The notes beneath the pieces are model-generated. The model was given only the letters and a program-made list of their open reading frames with translations, was not told the origin of the DNA and searched no databases. Positions 1 through 9,385 of a stretch of 64,000 nucleotides of DNA are shown here, piece after piece. A program made the position numbers and the translations under genes. Each line of letters starts with the position of its first letter. Positions within the stretch are counted from its first letter, which is position 1. Source of the stretch: Candidatus Limnocylindria bacterium. GTDB lineage: Bacteria > Chloroflexota > Limnocylindria > Limnocylindrales > CSP1-4. The stretch covers positions 19,740-83,739 of the forward strand of contig JBKHXL010000003.1 of the NCBI GenBank assembly GCA_046566045.1. The letters run 5' to 3'.

Positions 1-159
1 CAGCGTGCGGCCGCGCGGATCGCCCACCTGCTGGCCACGCGCCACGCGTTCACGCCGGCGGCCTTCGAGCGACTCGCGGCGCCGTGGCTCGGCGGACTGG
101 TGCCGAGCCATGCGCGACGTGCCCGCCCCGTCCGTCGTCGGACGTAAGCCCCGGATCCG
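1..159 (+). CDS. 3' end of an unidentified CDS (partial, runs off the window)
   Basis: Frame 1 is open from the window edge to TAA at 157-159. Codons are mostly G/C-ending. No recognisable motif. Confidence 0.3.
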
Positions 160-195
160 CTCACTGCCCGGCGCACGACCCGGCGGTGCTGTGCG

Positions 196-1440
196 ATGCT
201 CGGGCCGATGGATCCCTGGCCGATCGTCGCCGTCATGCTCGCCCTCGTGGCCGTGCGCGCCGCGTTCGTGGCCCGCGCCCGTGGCCGCGAGCTGGCCGAC
301 GTCCGGCGTGCGGCGGGCGCCGGGGCCGATGGCTCCGCCGCGACAGCCGCCAGCCGGCAGCGCGCGGAGCTGACCCGCGCCCGCCAGTCGCTCGTCGATG
401 ACCGGGCCGACCGGGAAGTCCTCCTCGACCTCCTCGAGCAGGGCGTCATGACGATCGATGGTCGGGGCCAGGTCGGCTACGCGAACGCGGCCGCCCACGC
501 GCTCCTCGGTCGGCCGCATGGCGCCCTCATCGGGCGCACCGTGATGGAGACCTTCCTGGACCCTGCCGTCGAAGCCCTGGTGACGACCGCCGGCGACGGG
601 CGCACCGCGACCGGTGAGCTGCGCCTGTCCGATGCCGATGGCCCGACCCTCGTGGTACGCGCCCGTCGGGCGGCCAGCGGGGGCATCTGGCTCACGCTCG
701 ATGACGTGTCCGAGCTGCGCCGCCTCCAGCGCATCCGGACCGAGTTCATCGACAACCTCTCGCATGAGCTGCGCACGCCGTTGACGACCGTCAGCCTGCT
801 GGCGGAGACGCTGACCCGCGAGGCAGAGCTCGCGGCCGCGGCGATCCCGCCCAAGATGCGCGACCGCATCGCCAAGATCGAGCTGGAGACCGGCCACCTC
901 GTCCAGATGGTCAACGAGCTGCTGGACCTCTCGCGCATCGAGGGTGGCGGCACCCTGCGGATGACCGACGGGCTGGACATGAGCACCATCGCGGCCGACT
1001 CCGCCGAGCGCCTGCGCCTGTTCGCCGAACGCCAGGGGGTCGACCTCCGGATCGAGCGCAGCGCCGCCCTGCCGCCGGTCCGTGGCGACGGTCCGCGGCT
1101 GGGCCAGGTCGTCGTCAACCTCGTCCACAACGCCGTCAAGTTCAGCCCCGACGGGGGCACCGTGACCGTCCGTACCCGGGTGGAGGGCGACCAGGTCGTC
1201 ACTGCCGTCGAGGATCATGGGGTCGGCATCCCGCGCGCGGCCCAGGAGCGCATCTTCGAGCGCTTCTACAAGGTCGATCGCGCGCGCGTCCGGGGCGAGA
1301 CCGGCGGCACCGGTCTCGGCCTGGCCATCGCCCGCCACGTCATCGAGCAGCACGAGGGCCGGATCTGGGTCGAGTCGACCGAGGGCGCCGGCTCCACGTT
1401 CTCCTTCGCCCTCCCGATCGCGCTCGACCCGGATCGCTAG
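196..1440 (+). CDS. PAS-domain sensor histidine kinase, PhoR/SenX3-like
   Basis: N-terminal hydrophobic helix, PAS-like segment, H-box FIDNLSHELRTPLT, and HATPase motifs (NLVHNAVKF, DHGVGIP, GGTGLGLAI). Confidence 0.85.
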   Translation: MLGPMDPWPIVAVMLALVAVRAAFVARARGRELADVRRAAGAGADGSAATAASRQRAELTRARQSLVDDRADREVLLDLLEQGVMTIDGRGQVGYANAAAHALLGRPHGALIGRTVMETFLDPAVEALVTTAGDGRTATGELRLSDADGPTLVVRARRAASGGIWLTLDDVSELRRLQRIRTEFIDNLSHELRTPLTTVSLLAETLTREAELAAAAIPPKMRDRIAKIELETGHLVQMVNELLDLSRIEGGGTLRMTDGLDMSTIAADSAERLRLFAERQGVDLRIERSAALPPVRGDGPRLGQVVVNLVHNAVKFSPDGGTVTVRTRVEGDQVVTAVEDHGVGIPRAAQERIFERFYKVDRARVRGETGGTGLGLAIARHVIEQHEGRIWVESTEGAGSTFSFALPIALDPDR

Positions 1441-1469
1441 CCCGACCGCACCCACCGCTTCGGAGACCC

Positions 1470-2216
1470 ATGGATCGACTGCACGTGGCCACGCTCAACA
1501 TCCTCAACCTGGCCGACCGCTGGCCGGAGCGCCAGGGCCTGATCTACGCGGACATGGCCGCCCTCCAGCCGGACCTGCTCGGCCTCCAGGAAGTCGTCTA
1601 CGTCATGCACCAGGATCGGCTCATCGGCGCGGCCGGCGAGGGCACGTATGCCGCGCACCGGGCGTGGGCCGGCCGGCCCGAGTACGGCAACAGCCTGCTC
1701 GTGCGAGCTCCCCTGGGCGCGACGGACGTGGAGCGCCTGGACCTGGGCCTTGGGCGGTCCGCGCTGCGCTGCCAGGTGGCCCTGGCGAGTGGGGCGCGCG
1801 TGCTCGTGGGCGTCACCCACCTGCACCACGTGGTGTCCGCCGAGGCGGAGCGTGATGCGCAGACCCGCCAGCTCATCGACTGGCTGGCGGACGCGCCGCC
1901 GACGGACGCCCAGGTCGTGGTCGGGGACTTCAACGCCGAGCCCGACGAGCCCACCTACGCCCGGATGCTCGCGGCGGGCTTTCGCTCGGCCATGGCCGAG
2001 GCGAACGGGCACGACCCGGCGGTGACCTGGCCGTCGGGGCTGCAGGCGCCGGCCATCGATACGGACGGCGACCCGGGCTGCCTGGACTACGTGTGGGTCC
2101 GCGGTGCCGTGGGCGTCAGCAGCGCTCGGCTGGCGTTCGACCGGCCGGCGGCCGATGATGCGACGCTCTACCCGAGCGATCATGTCGGCGTGTCGGCGCA
2201 CCTCCAGGTCGGGTAG
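1470..2216 (+). CDS. endonuclease/exonuclease/phosphatase (EEP) family protein
   Basis: N-terminal VATLNILN, and the GDFN and SDH motifs typical of the EEP fold. Confidence 0.8.
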   Translation: MDRLHVATLNILNLADRWPERQGLIYADMAALQPDLLGLQEVVYVMHQDRLIGAAGEGTYAAHRAWAGRPEYGNSLLVRAPLGATDVERLDLGLGRSALRCQVALASGARVLVGVTHLHHVVSAEAERDAQTRQLIDWLADAPPTDAQVVVGDFNAEPDEPTYARMLAAGFRSAMAEANGHDPAVTWPSGLQAPAIDTDGDPGCLDYVWVRGAVGVSSARLAFDRPAADDATLYPSDHVGVSAHLQVG

Positions 2217-2226
2217 GGGCGCGGCC

Positions 2227-2886
2227 GTGGGGACGTTGCGCCTGGCCCACCGCGGGGACTGGCGGGTGGCGCCGGAGAACACGCTGCCCGCGTTGCAGGC
2301 GGCGCTGGCCGTGCCCGGCTGCGACGGCCTGGAGTTCGATGTCCGCGTCGCCGCCGACGGCGTCCCGGTCCTCCTCCACGACGAGACGCTGGCCCGCGTC
2401 CAGGGGCGGCCGGAACGCGTCGATGCCCTGTCGTCGGCGGCGCTCGCCGAGCTGGGGGTGCCGACCCTTGCCGATGCGCTGACCGCGCTGCCGCGGAGCG
2501 CCTTCCTGGACGTCGAGCTCAAGGGCCTGCACGATCGGGCCGTCGTGGAGGCCCTGGCCGCCGGCCGTGGGGTGGACCTCCGCCGCGCCGTCGTGTCGTC
2601 GTTCGAGGCGGAGACCCTGGAGCGCATCGCCGCTCTCGCCCCGACCTGGCCGCGCTGGCTGAACGCCGACGACCTGTCGCCGGCGACGATCGCCGCGGCG
2701 CACGACCTGGGCTGCCGCGGGATCGCCGCCGAGTGGCGCGCCATCGATGACGCGGCGATGCGCCGCGCACGGGCGGCCGGGCTGGAGGTCGCGGCGTGGA
2801 CCGTGCGCCGCCGATCGACGTACGCGCGCCTCGCGCGGCTGGGTGTCGCGGCCGTCTGCGTGGAGGCGGCGGCGCTCGACGGCTGA
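2227..2886 (+). CDS. glycerophosphodiester phosphodiesterase family protein
   Basis: LAHRGD..APENTL..EFDVRV..DGVPVLLHDETL signature. I prefer the in-frame GTG at 2227 over the ORF-track start at 2104, which overlaps the upstream gene. Confidence 0.8.
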   Translation: MGTLRLAHRGDWRVAPENTLPALQAALAVPGCDGLEFDVRVAADGVPVLLHDETLARVQGRPERVDALSSAALAELGVPTLADALTALPRSAFLDVELKGLHDRAVVEALAAGRGVDLRRAVVSSFEAETLERIAALAPTWPRWLNADDLSPATIAAAHDLGCRGIAAEWRAIDDAAMRRARAAGLEVAAWTVRRRSTYARLARLGVAAVCVEAAALDG

Positions 2887-3005
2887 GCAGGGCCGCCGGC
2901 CCGGGGCGAGGGACGGACCGGCCCGGCGCGCGCGACGACAGCGCCGGACCCGCGGGCTGGCGGCTATCGTCGGGCCATGACCACCCGACGCCGGCATCGC
3001 GCGCG

Positions 3006-4199
3006 ATGAGCGAGTCCGCCGACCTGGTCGTCGTCGGCGCGGGCACACTCGGCGGCTGGGCGTCGGTCTTCGCCGCGGCCGAGGGCGTCGGGCGCGTGGT
3101 CGTCCTGGAGCAGGGCCGCGTCGGGATGGGCGCGTCGTCTCGGGCGGCCGGCATCGTCCGAGCGCAGGGCGGCACGCCCGCCACGGTCGCCCTGGGGCGC
3201 TGGTCGATCGACTTCTATCGCGGCCAGCAGGCCGCGTACGGGACGGATTCGGGCTTCCGCGAACTCGGCTACCTCATCCTGGCCGTGACGGAGGACGACG
3301 AGCGGATCGGCCGCGAACGGGTGGCGATGCAGCGGGATCTGGGCCTGGACGTGCGCTGGCTGGACCCCGCCGAGGCCACGCTGGCAAGCCGGACGCTCGC
3401 CCCGGACGGCCATCGTGGCGGCAGCTTCCGCGAGGGCGACGGCCACATCGATCCGCCGCGCAACGTCCGTGCCTACTCGCTGGCGATGGCGGCCGCCGGG
3501 GTGGAGCTGCGAGAGGGCGTGGCCTTCACCGGCCTGCGCAGGGATGCGGCCGGCAGGGTGACCGGCGTCGAGACGAGTGCCGGCCCCATCGCCACCGGCC
3601 GCGTGCTGCTGACCGGCGGCCCCTCGCTGCGAGCGGTGGGGGAGCGGGCTGGTGTGCGCATCCCGGTCGGGGCGGCGCGCCACACCGTGGCCGTGCTGGA
3701 GCCCGACGACGCCTTCCTGCCGCCGCATCCGATGGTGTTCGACCTGGGCGCGGGGCTGTACTGGCGGCCGGAGGAGGACGGACTGCTCTTCGGCTGGAGC
3801 GATCCCGACGACGCACCGGGCATCGCCCGTGCCGTGGACTGGGCGGCCCACGAGCGCTACCGCGAGCGCCTGGCCTCGTTCGTGCCTCGGGTCCGAGACC
3901 TCGGCCTGCGCCGGATCTGGGTGGCGACCATCGACTACACCCCCGACCACACGCCGATCATCGGGCCGGCCATCACGCAGGAGGGTCGACGCCTTGACGG
4001 CGTGGTCGTGGCCGCCGCGGCCGGGCACGGGATGATGTGGGGCCCCGGCATCTCGCGGGCGGCGACGGACCTGCTGCTGCGCGGCCGGACCGAGGTGGTG
4101 GACGTCACGGACCTGGGCATGGACCGCTTCGACGCGGCGGGCCGGAGCCGGCTGGCGACCGACCCCGTCACGCTGCCCTATCCGAGCGCGACCGACTGA
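3006..4199 (+). CDS. FAD-dependent oxidoreductase (DAO / sarcosine oxidase beta-like)
   Basis: Dinucleotide-binding motif DLVVVGAGTLGGW directly after the ATG at 3006. The upstream part of ORF 2796-4199 is Arg/Pro-rich and looks non-coding. Confidence 0.8.
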   Translation: MSESADLVVVGAGTLGGWASVFAAAEGVGRVVVLEQGRVGMGASSRAAGIVRAQGGTPATVALGRWSIDFYRGQQAAYGTDSGFRELGYLILAVTEDDERIGRERVAMQRDLGLDVRWLDPAEATLASRTLAPDGHRGGSFREGDGHIDPPRNVRAYSLAMAAAGVELREGVAFTGLRRDAAGRVTGVETSAGPIATGRVLLTGGPSLRAVGERAGVRIPVGAARHTVAVLEPDDAFLPPHPMVFDLGAGLYWRPEEDGLLFGWSDPDDAPGIARAVDWAAHERYRERLASFVPRVRDLGLRRIWVATIDYTPDHTPIIGPAITQEGRRLDGVVVAAAAGHGMMWGPGISRAATDLLLRGRTEVVDVTDLGMDRFDAAGRSRLATDPVTLPYPSATD

Positions 4200-4208
4200 C
4201 GGCCCAGC

Positions 4209-5102
4209 CTAGCAGCCGCCCGACCCGCCGCAGCATCCGCCGCCGGCGTCGGGGGCCATGGACAGGCTGGTCGGACGCGGCAGGTCCACCGCGCGGATCC
4301 GATCGGCGGACCAGTCGGCCGGCTTGGTCGCCCGGATGATCGCGCCGTGCATGCCCTCGGCGACGCGATGGGTGGCCGTCACCTCGATCGCGCTGAGGCC
4401 CACCGCACGCAGGCCGGCGCGGTACTCCTCGAAGCTCAGGGCGCCGGCGATGCACCCTGTGTACGAGCCGCGGGCGGCGCGTTCGTCGGGGGTCAGGCCG
4501 TCATCGGCGACGACGTCGCTGATGCCGACCCGGCCACCGGCCCGCAGGACGCGGGCGATCTCCGCCAGCACGGCCGCCTTGTCCGTCGACAGGTTGACCA
4601 CGCAGTTGCTGATGACCACGTCGACCGAGGCATCGGGCAGCGGGATGGCCTCGATCCGCCCGCGCACGAACTCGACGTTCGTGGCGCCCGCCTCGGCCGC
4701 GTTGCGGCGCGCCAGCTCGAGCATCTCGTCGGTCATGTCCAGGCCGTAGGCGAAGCCCGTCGGGCCCACGCGCTGGGCGGACAGCAGCACGTCGATGCCC
4801 CCGCCGGACCCGAGGTCCAGCACGGTCTCGCCGACCTTGAGCTCGGCGACCGCCGTCGGGTTGCCGCAGCCGAGGCTGGCCAGGACCGCGCCGTCGGGCA
4901 GCGAGTCGCGGGTCGTCTCGTCGTAGAGGATCTCGCCGAAGACCGGCGCGCCGTCGGCGTCGCAGCACGTCGACGCCGCGTCGGACGGGCTCGGGGCGGC
5001 GTCCAGCACGGCCCGGGCGGCCTCGGCGTAGCGGGCGCGAACGACGTCGGTGATGGCGTCGGGCGGGGGGTCGGTGGCGAGCTCAGGGGTCACGTCGGTC
5101 AC
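4209..5102 (-). CDS. arsM: arsenite S-adenosylmethionine methyltransferase
   Basis: SAM motif [11 protein letters not shown] and the four conserved Cys contexts (STCCD, SLGCGNP, SNCVVNL, TGCIAGA). Cys-rich tail [14 protein letters not shown] start at 5102 overlaps the upstream stop (GTGA). Confidence 0.9.
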   Translation of the reverse strand: MTDVTPELATDPPPDAITDVVRARYAEAARAVLDAAPSPSDAASTCCDADGAPVFGEILYDETTRDSLPDGAVLASLGCGNPTAVAELKVGETVLDLGSGGGIDVLLSAQRVGPTGFAYGLDMTDEMLELARRNAAEAGATNVEFVRGRIEAIPLPDASVDVVISNCVVNLSTDKAAVLAEIARVLRAGGRVGISDVVADDGLTPDERAARGSYTGCIAGALSFEEYRAGLRAVGLSAIEVTATHRVAEGMHGAIIRATKPADWSADRIRAVDLPRPTSLSMAPDAGGGCCGGSGGC

Positions 5103-5338
5103 GCTCCGCAGCAGTCGGGGGTGGTGGTCGGGGCGGCGATGGTCGGGGAGGCGAGGCCCAGGACCGTCATCGCCCGGGCGCGGATCCGGGCGAGAGCGGC
5201 GCGTCGTCCCGCGCCTGTCGGTCCGCCGGCGGCGCGCTGCTCGCGGAGCGCCCGCACGTGGTCGCGGTCCATCCGTTCGGCGGTCGTCTCGAAGCGGTCG
5301 CCGCCGGTGATCATCCAGGCGATGAGCGAGTCGTGCAT
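5099..5338 (-). CDS. small hypothetical protein (79 aa) with C-terminal vicinal cysteines, coupled to arsM
   Basis: By hand count about 90% of codons end in G/C. GGAGGA lies about 9 nt upstream of the ATG. The stop overlaps the arsM GTG. The protein ends in ...[10 protein letters not shown] recognise no family. Confidence 0.55.
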   Translation of the reverse strand: MHDSLIAWMITGGDRFETTAERMDRDHVRALREQRAAGGPTGAGRRAALARIRARAMTVLGLASPTIAAPTTTPDCCGA

Positions 5339-5369
5339 GTCGGCGCGGTCCTCCGGTCGGGCTGGTGGG

Positions 5370-5436
5370 ATATCGATGCTTATCGATATTGCGCGCTATA
5401 TCGATACTTGTCAATATCGAGATCGGTCGATACCAT
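5370..5436. promoter_or_regulatory. divergent ars promoters with an ATCGAT-palindrome operator array
   Basis: AT-rich island. It contains ATATCGAT-GCTT-ATCGATAT (5370-5389), TATCGATA (5399-5406), ATATCGAG and GTCGATAC. Plus-strand promoter: TTGTCA (5408-5413), 17 nt, TACCAT (5431-5436). Minus-strand promoter: TTGACA (5414-5409), 17 nt, CAATAT (5391-5386). Confidence 0.6.
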
Positions 5437-5445
5437 ACGCCCGTC

Positions 5446-5823
5446 ATGGCTCGACCGAAGACCACCACCCTGGACCCCGATGTGCGCCTCCTGACGGCCC
5501 TCGCGGACCCGACCCGCCTGGCCATCGTCCGCCAGCTGGCATCCGAGTCGGAGACCTGTGCGTGCGACTTCACGAGCTGCTGCGATGTCAGGCAGCCGAC
5601 CGTGTCGCATCACCTGCGCGTGCTGCGGGACGCCGCCGTGGTCACGGCCGAACGGCGCGGGAGCTGGGTCTACTATCGCCTTGCGCCCGACGTGGCCGAG
5701 CGGCTGGGCGCCATCGCCCGCGGCCTCGTCCCGGGCGGCCTCATCCCGACCGCCGACCTCACGGCCCGACGGCGGCCGATCCGGCCGGCGACGGCCGGCG
5801 ACAGGGTCAACGCTCGGGCTTGA
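5446..5823 (+). CDS. arsR: ArsR/SmtB family metalloregulator
   Basis: LADPTRLAIVRQL...ETCACDFTSCCDVRQPTVSHHLRVL is a winged-HTH with the Cys cluster of As(III)-sensing ArsR proteins. The ATG at 5446 follows the promoter above. Confidence 0.9.
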   Translation: MARPKTTTLDPDVRLLTALADPTRLAIVRQLASESETCACDFTSCCDVRQPTVSHHLRVLRDAAVVTAERRGSWVYYRLAPDVAERLGAIARGLVPGGLIPTADLTARRRPIRPATAGDRVNARA

Positions 5824-6292
5824 GCAGGTCGGGCGGGATCAGCCAGCGCAACGTGCCGCGGCCCGCCCGCATGGGCCGTTCGACCTCGATCCGCGCGAAG
5901 GCCCCCTTGCGCATCGGCACGCCGACCGACCCGCACAGCGTCGAGACGAGATCGCTGAAGTCCGGGTCGTGACCCACCAGCACGAGGCTGCTCGCGGGAT
6001 CGTGCTCGCCCAGGATGGCCTCCGCGGCGGCCACGTCGAGGTGATCGCCCAGGCGCTCGTCGACGGCCAGTGGCGCCGACAGGATGTCGGCGACGATCTC
6101 GGCGGTCTGGTGGGCCCGGTCCTTCGGCGAGGTCACGACCAGGTCGGCCGTGAATCCGCGATCGGCCAGGAAGGTGGCCAGCCGCTCGGCCTGCCCTCGA
6201 CCCTTGTCGGTGAGTGGACGGGAGGCGTCCGGCCCGGCCCAGGCGTCGGCATCGCCAGCGTGGGCGTGGCGGAGCAGGTGCAGGAAGGTCAC
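5807..6292 (-). CDS. sixA: SixA-like phosphohistidine phosphatase (histidine phosphatase superfamily)
   Basis: LLRHAHAG (RHG-type motif), RPLTDKG, TSPKDRAHQTA and LVGHDPDF. The GTG at 6292 overlaps the arsC stop (GTGA). Confidence 0.75.
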   Translation of the reverse strand: MTFLHLLRHAHAGDADAWAGPDASRPLTDKGRGQAERLATFLADRGFTADLVVTSPKDRAHQTAEIVADILSAPLAVDERLGDHLDVAAAEAILGEHDPASSLVLVGHDPDFSDLVSTLCGSVGVPMRKGAFARIEVERPMRAGRGTLRWLIPPDLLKPER

Positions 6293-6729
6293 GCTGGCTG
6301 GCGGGCGGTCACGACGGCGAACTGCTTGACCCGCTCGGCCATCTGGATGAAGACCTTGCGGAAGACCGCCATCTGCTCCTCGTCGGTGCCCGTCGCCGCG
6401 GCGGGGTCCTCGTAGCCCCAATGCAGGGACTCGTGGACGCCGGGGAAGACCGGGCACGACTGGCGGGCCTGGTCGCACACGGTCACGACGTAGTCGAACG
6501 ACTGGCCCAGGAACTCCGTGACCGACTTGGAGCGCGCGAACGAGGCATCGATGCCCGCCTCGGCCAGGATGCGCAGGGTGCGCGGGTTGACCCCCTTGGG
6601 CTCCGTGCCGGCACTGAAGACCTCGAAGCGCTCGCCCCCATGGTGGCGCAGGAGCGCCTCGGCCATCAGGCTCCGCGCCGAGTTGCCGGTGCACACGAAG
6701 AGCACGCGGATGGGTTCGCTGGCGGTCAC
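6289..6729 (-). CDS. arsC: arsenate reductase, LMW-PTP / thioredoxin-coupled type
   Basis: VLFVCTGNSARS P-loop and VTVCDQARQSCP, giving the three Cys at positions matching Bacillus-type ArsC. The GTG start overlaps the phoU stop (GTGA at 6726-6729). Confidence 0.85.
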   Translation of the reverse strand: MTASEPIRVLFVCTGNSARSLMAEALLRHHGGERFEVFSAGTEPKGVNPRTLRILAEAGIDASFARSKSVTEFLGQSFDYVVTVCDQARQSCPVFPGVHESLHWGYEDPAAATGTDEEQMAVFRKVFIQMAERVKQFAVVTARQPA

Positions 6730-7499
6730 GGGTTCAGGTCCTCCACGTCGCCGGTCACGAGGTACACGATGTCCTCGGCGATGTTGGTCGCGCGGTCGCC
6801 GATGCGCTCGAGGTAGTGCGACGCGATGACGATGCGCGTGCCGCGCTCCACGTTGGCCGGGTCCTGGCGCATGAGCTCGACGACCTCGTCGAACGTGGCG
6901 TGGTAGAGCCGGTCGATCTCGTCGTCCTCGACCGCGATCCGGCGCGCTGCCACCGGGTCGATGTCGACCAGGGCACGGAGCACGCCGTGGACCAGCACCG
7001 CGGCCCGTTCCGCCATCTCCGGGAGGTGGACGTAGCGCTGCAGGGGCGGCTCCGGCGCAAGCTTGATGACCTGCTTCGCCACGGACGCCGCGTGATCGGC
7101 GATGCGCTCCAGCTCGTAGGTGACGTGATCCAGGGTGAGCAGGTAGCGCAGGTCGCGAGCGACCGGCTGCTGCGTCGCGATGGTCACCGAGATGAGCCGC
7201 GACACGCCACGCTGGGCGTCGTTGATCCGCCCGTCGCCCTTGATGACGGCCAGCGCCGCCTGGGCGTCGTGGGCGGACAGGGCCGCGGCCGCGCCGCGGA
7301 TGGCCTCCTCGACCAGCGTGCCCATGCGCAGGACGTCATCCTTGATGGCCTGTTCCTCGCGGTCCAGCGGTTCGCGGCGGGCCTGGGTGTGGGGCGGTGT
7401 GTCGGACGCGTGCGCGGCGTCCAGGAGCGCATCGACCTGCCGGTCGATGCGCGTCGGGCCAGTCGCCTGCTCGTCGGTCATGTCGTCCTCGGATCTCAA
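6726..7499 (-). CDS. phoU: phosphate signalling complex protein PhoU
   Basis: Two PhoU repeats with the (E/D)xxERIADHA / [12 protein letters not shown] motifs. Overlaps the pstB stop by 4 bp. Confidence 0.9.
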   Translation of the reverse strand: MRSEDDMTDEQATGPTRIDRQVDALLDAAHASDTPPHTQARREPLDREEQAIKDDVLRMGTLVEEAIRGAAAALSAHDAQAALAVIKGDGRINDAQRGVSRLISVTIATQQPVARDLRYLLTLDHVTYELERIADHAASVAKQVIKLAPEPPLQRYVHLPEMAERAAVLVHGVLRALVDIDPVAARRIAVEDDEIDRLYHATFDEVVELMRQDPANVERGTRIVIASHYLERIGDRATNIAEDIVYLVTGDVEDLNP

Positions 7500-8458
7500 C
7501 CGAACCGACCGGAGACATAGTCCTCGGTCATCTGGTGCTGCGGATTGGTGAAGATCCCGATCGTCTCACCCTGCTCCACGACGTATCCCGCGCGGTCCTC
7601 GGCCATGTTGAGGAAGACGGTGAAGTCCGACGCGCGGGCCGCCTGCTGCATGTTGTGGGTGACGATCACGATCGTGTACTGCTGGCGCAGCTCGGCCATC
7701 AGATCCTCGATCTGCAACGTGGAGCGAGGGTCAAGGGCCGAGCATGGTTCGTCCATCAGGATGACATCCGGCGACGTGGCGATGGCCCGGGCGATGCACA
7801 GGCGCTGCTGCTGGCCACCGGACAACGCCAGCCCGGACTCCCTGAGTTTGTCCTTGACCTCGTTCCACAGGGCCGCCCGGCGCAGCGAGGTCTCGACGAT
7901 CTCGTCCATGTTCCCCTTGGCACCGTTGATCCGGGGCCCGAAGGCGACGTTGTCGTAGATGGTCTTGGGGAACGGATTCGGCTTCTGGAAGACCATCCCG
8001 ATCCGACGCCGGACCTCGACCGGGTCGACTTCCTTCGCATACAGGTCCTGGCCGTGATACAGCATCTCGCCGGTCAGGCGCGTGCCCGGGATGAGGTCGT
8101 TCATGCGATTGATCGTGCGCAGGAGCGTGGACTTGCCACAGCCGGACGGGCCGATGAGCGCGGTGATGCGCCGAGCCGGGACATCGAAGTCGATGTCCTT
8201 CACGGCCCGGAACGCGCCGTAGTAGAACGACACCCCCTTCAGGCTGATGACCGTTTCCCGCGACGTCTCCACGTCCGCCGAGCGACCGCTCGTGTCGAGG
8301 CTCAGGGCGCGCCTGGCGGTGGTGACGGCGGGCGCGCTCTCGGATGCGGTGGCGGGCGCGGGTGCTGCGCCCGCCTGGGCCGAGGCGTCGTCGACGCCGG
8401 GCGGTGGAGCGGTCTGGTGCATGGGTCCTTCCCCGACCGGATCGTGGTCCATCACCAC
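7496..8458 (-). CDS. pstB: phosphate ABC transporter ATP-binding protein PstB
   Basis: Walker [10 protein letters not shown], signature LSGGQQQRL, Walker B ILMDEP, and PstB-typical FYYG and [10 protein letters not shown]. The low-complexity N-terminus makes the start uncertain (GTG 8458, GTG 8455 or ATG 8452). Confidence 0.95.
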   Translation of the reverse strand: MVMDHDPVGEGPMHQTAPPPGVDDASAQAGAAPAPATASESAPAVTTARRALSLDTSGRSADVETSRETVISLKGVSFYYGAFRAVKDIDFDVPARRITALIGPSGCGKSTLLRTINRMNDLIPGTRLTGEMLYHGQDLYAKEVDPVEVRRRIGMVFQKPNPFPKTIYDNVAFGPRINGAKGNMDEIVETSLRRAALWNEVKDKLRESGLALSGGQQQRLCIARAIATSPDVILMDEPCSALDPRSTLQIEDLMAELRQQYTIVIVTHNMQQAARASDFTVFLNMAEDRAGYVVEQGETIGIFTNPQHQMTEDYVSGRFG

Positions 8459-9375
8459 GTCCGCTCGTACTTGTTGCGCAACAGGATGGCCACGGTGTTG
8501 GCGAACAGGGTGACGATGAGCAGCACGACGATGGCCGCGGCGGTCAGCGCCCGGAAGTCCTCCTGCGGCCGGGTCGACCAGCCGAAGACGATCACCGGCA
8601 GGGCGGTGAAGCTGCCGAACAGCGACTGCAGGAACGACTGGTCGCCGGTGGAGAAGAAGGTGGTCGACGCGCCGATGATGACCAGCGGTGCCGTTTCCCC
8701 AAGGGCTCGCGAGAGCGACAGGACGGTGCCGGTCAGGATGCCCGGGAAGGCCGCCGGCAGGACCAGCAGTCGCGTGACCTCCCAGCGCGACGCGCCGACC
8801 CCGTACCCGCCCTCGCGCAGGGCGCGCGGCACGGCGCGCAGCGCCTCGGACGCGGTGATGATGACGATGGGCAGGACCAGCACGGCCAGGGTGATCGACG
8901 CGGTCACGATGTTGCGTCCCGTGCCGCCGGCGACGGCCGCCACCAGCGGCACGAAGACGGCCAGACCCAGCAGGCCGTAGACCACGGACGGGACGCCCGC
9001 CAGGTTCCGGATATTGATGGTGATGAGCCGCGACACGCGATTGTCGGGGGCGTACTCCTCCAGGTAAATCGCCGTCATCACGCCGAGCGGGAAGGCGATC
9101 AGGGCGACCAGCACGGCGATGAGCATCGTCCCGACGATCCCCTGGAGGATGCCCGCCTGGGCCGGCCTGGTGGATAGGTTCGAGGTCAGGAAGTCGGCGC
9201 CGCGGTCGGCGAAGACGGGCATGCCTCGGCTGACCACGTCGATGACCAGGACGCCCAGCACGGCCAGTGCGAAGAGCAGGCTGAGCAGGAGCAGGAGCTG
9301 GAAGATGACGCCGCCGATGGGCACGGACTTGCCGGTCAGCGGGCGAGTGACGGCAGTGGTGGTCGCAGATGTCAT
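8452..9375 (-). CDS. pstA: phosphate ABC transporter permease PstA
   Basis: Multi-TM permease with the EAA-type loop [25 protein letters not shown]. Confidence 0.9.
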   Translation of the reverse strand: MTSATTTAVTRPLTGKSVPIGGVIFQLLLLLSLLFALAVLGVLVIDVVSRGMPVFADRGADFLTSNLSTRPAQAGILQGIVGTMLIAVLVALIAFPLGVMTAIYLEEYAPDNRVSRLITINIRNLAGVPSVVYGLLGLAVFVPLVAAVAGGTGRNIVTASITLAVLVLPIVIITASEALRAVPRALREGGYGVGASRWEVTRLLVLPAAFPGILTGTVLSLSRALGETAPLVIIGASTTFFSTGDQSFLQSLFGSFTALPVIVFGWSTRPQEDFRALTAAAIVVLLIVTLFANTVAILLRNKYERTW

Positions 9376-9385
9376 CGTGGCGGCC

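Noticed and set aside
5103-5573. 5' extensions offered by the ORF track: arsM to 5573, crcB to 18220, ppk frame to 24121, ppx to 17628, YibE/F to 38197, argH to 57423, GH36 to 45936, and others.
   Set aside because: The extensions overlap neighbouring real genes, are low-complexity Arg/Pro/Ala-rich, and internal starts with an RBS, a promoter or a stop/start overlap fit family-typical N-termini.
6289-6729. Calling the LMW-PTP-fold protein a protein-tyrosine phosphatase instead of ArsC.
   Set aside because: It has the second and third Cys (VCDQARQSCP) characteristic of thioredoxin-coupled arsenate reductases, and it neighbours arsR/arsM. The phosphatase alternative is kept only as a refutation test.
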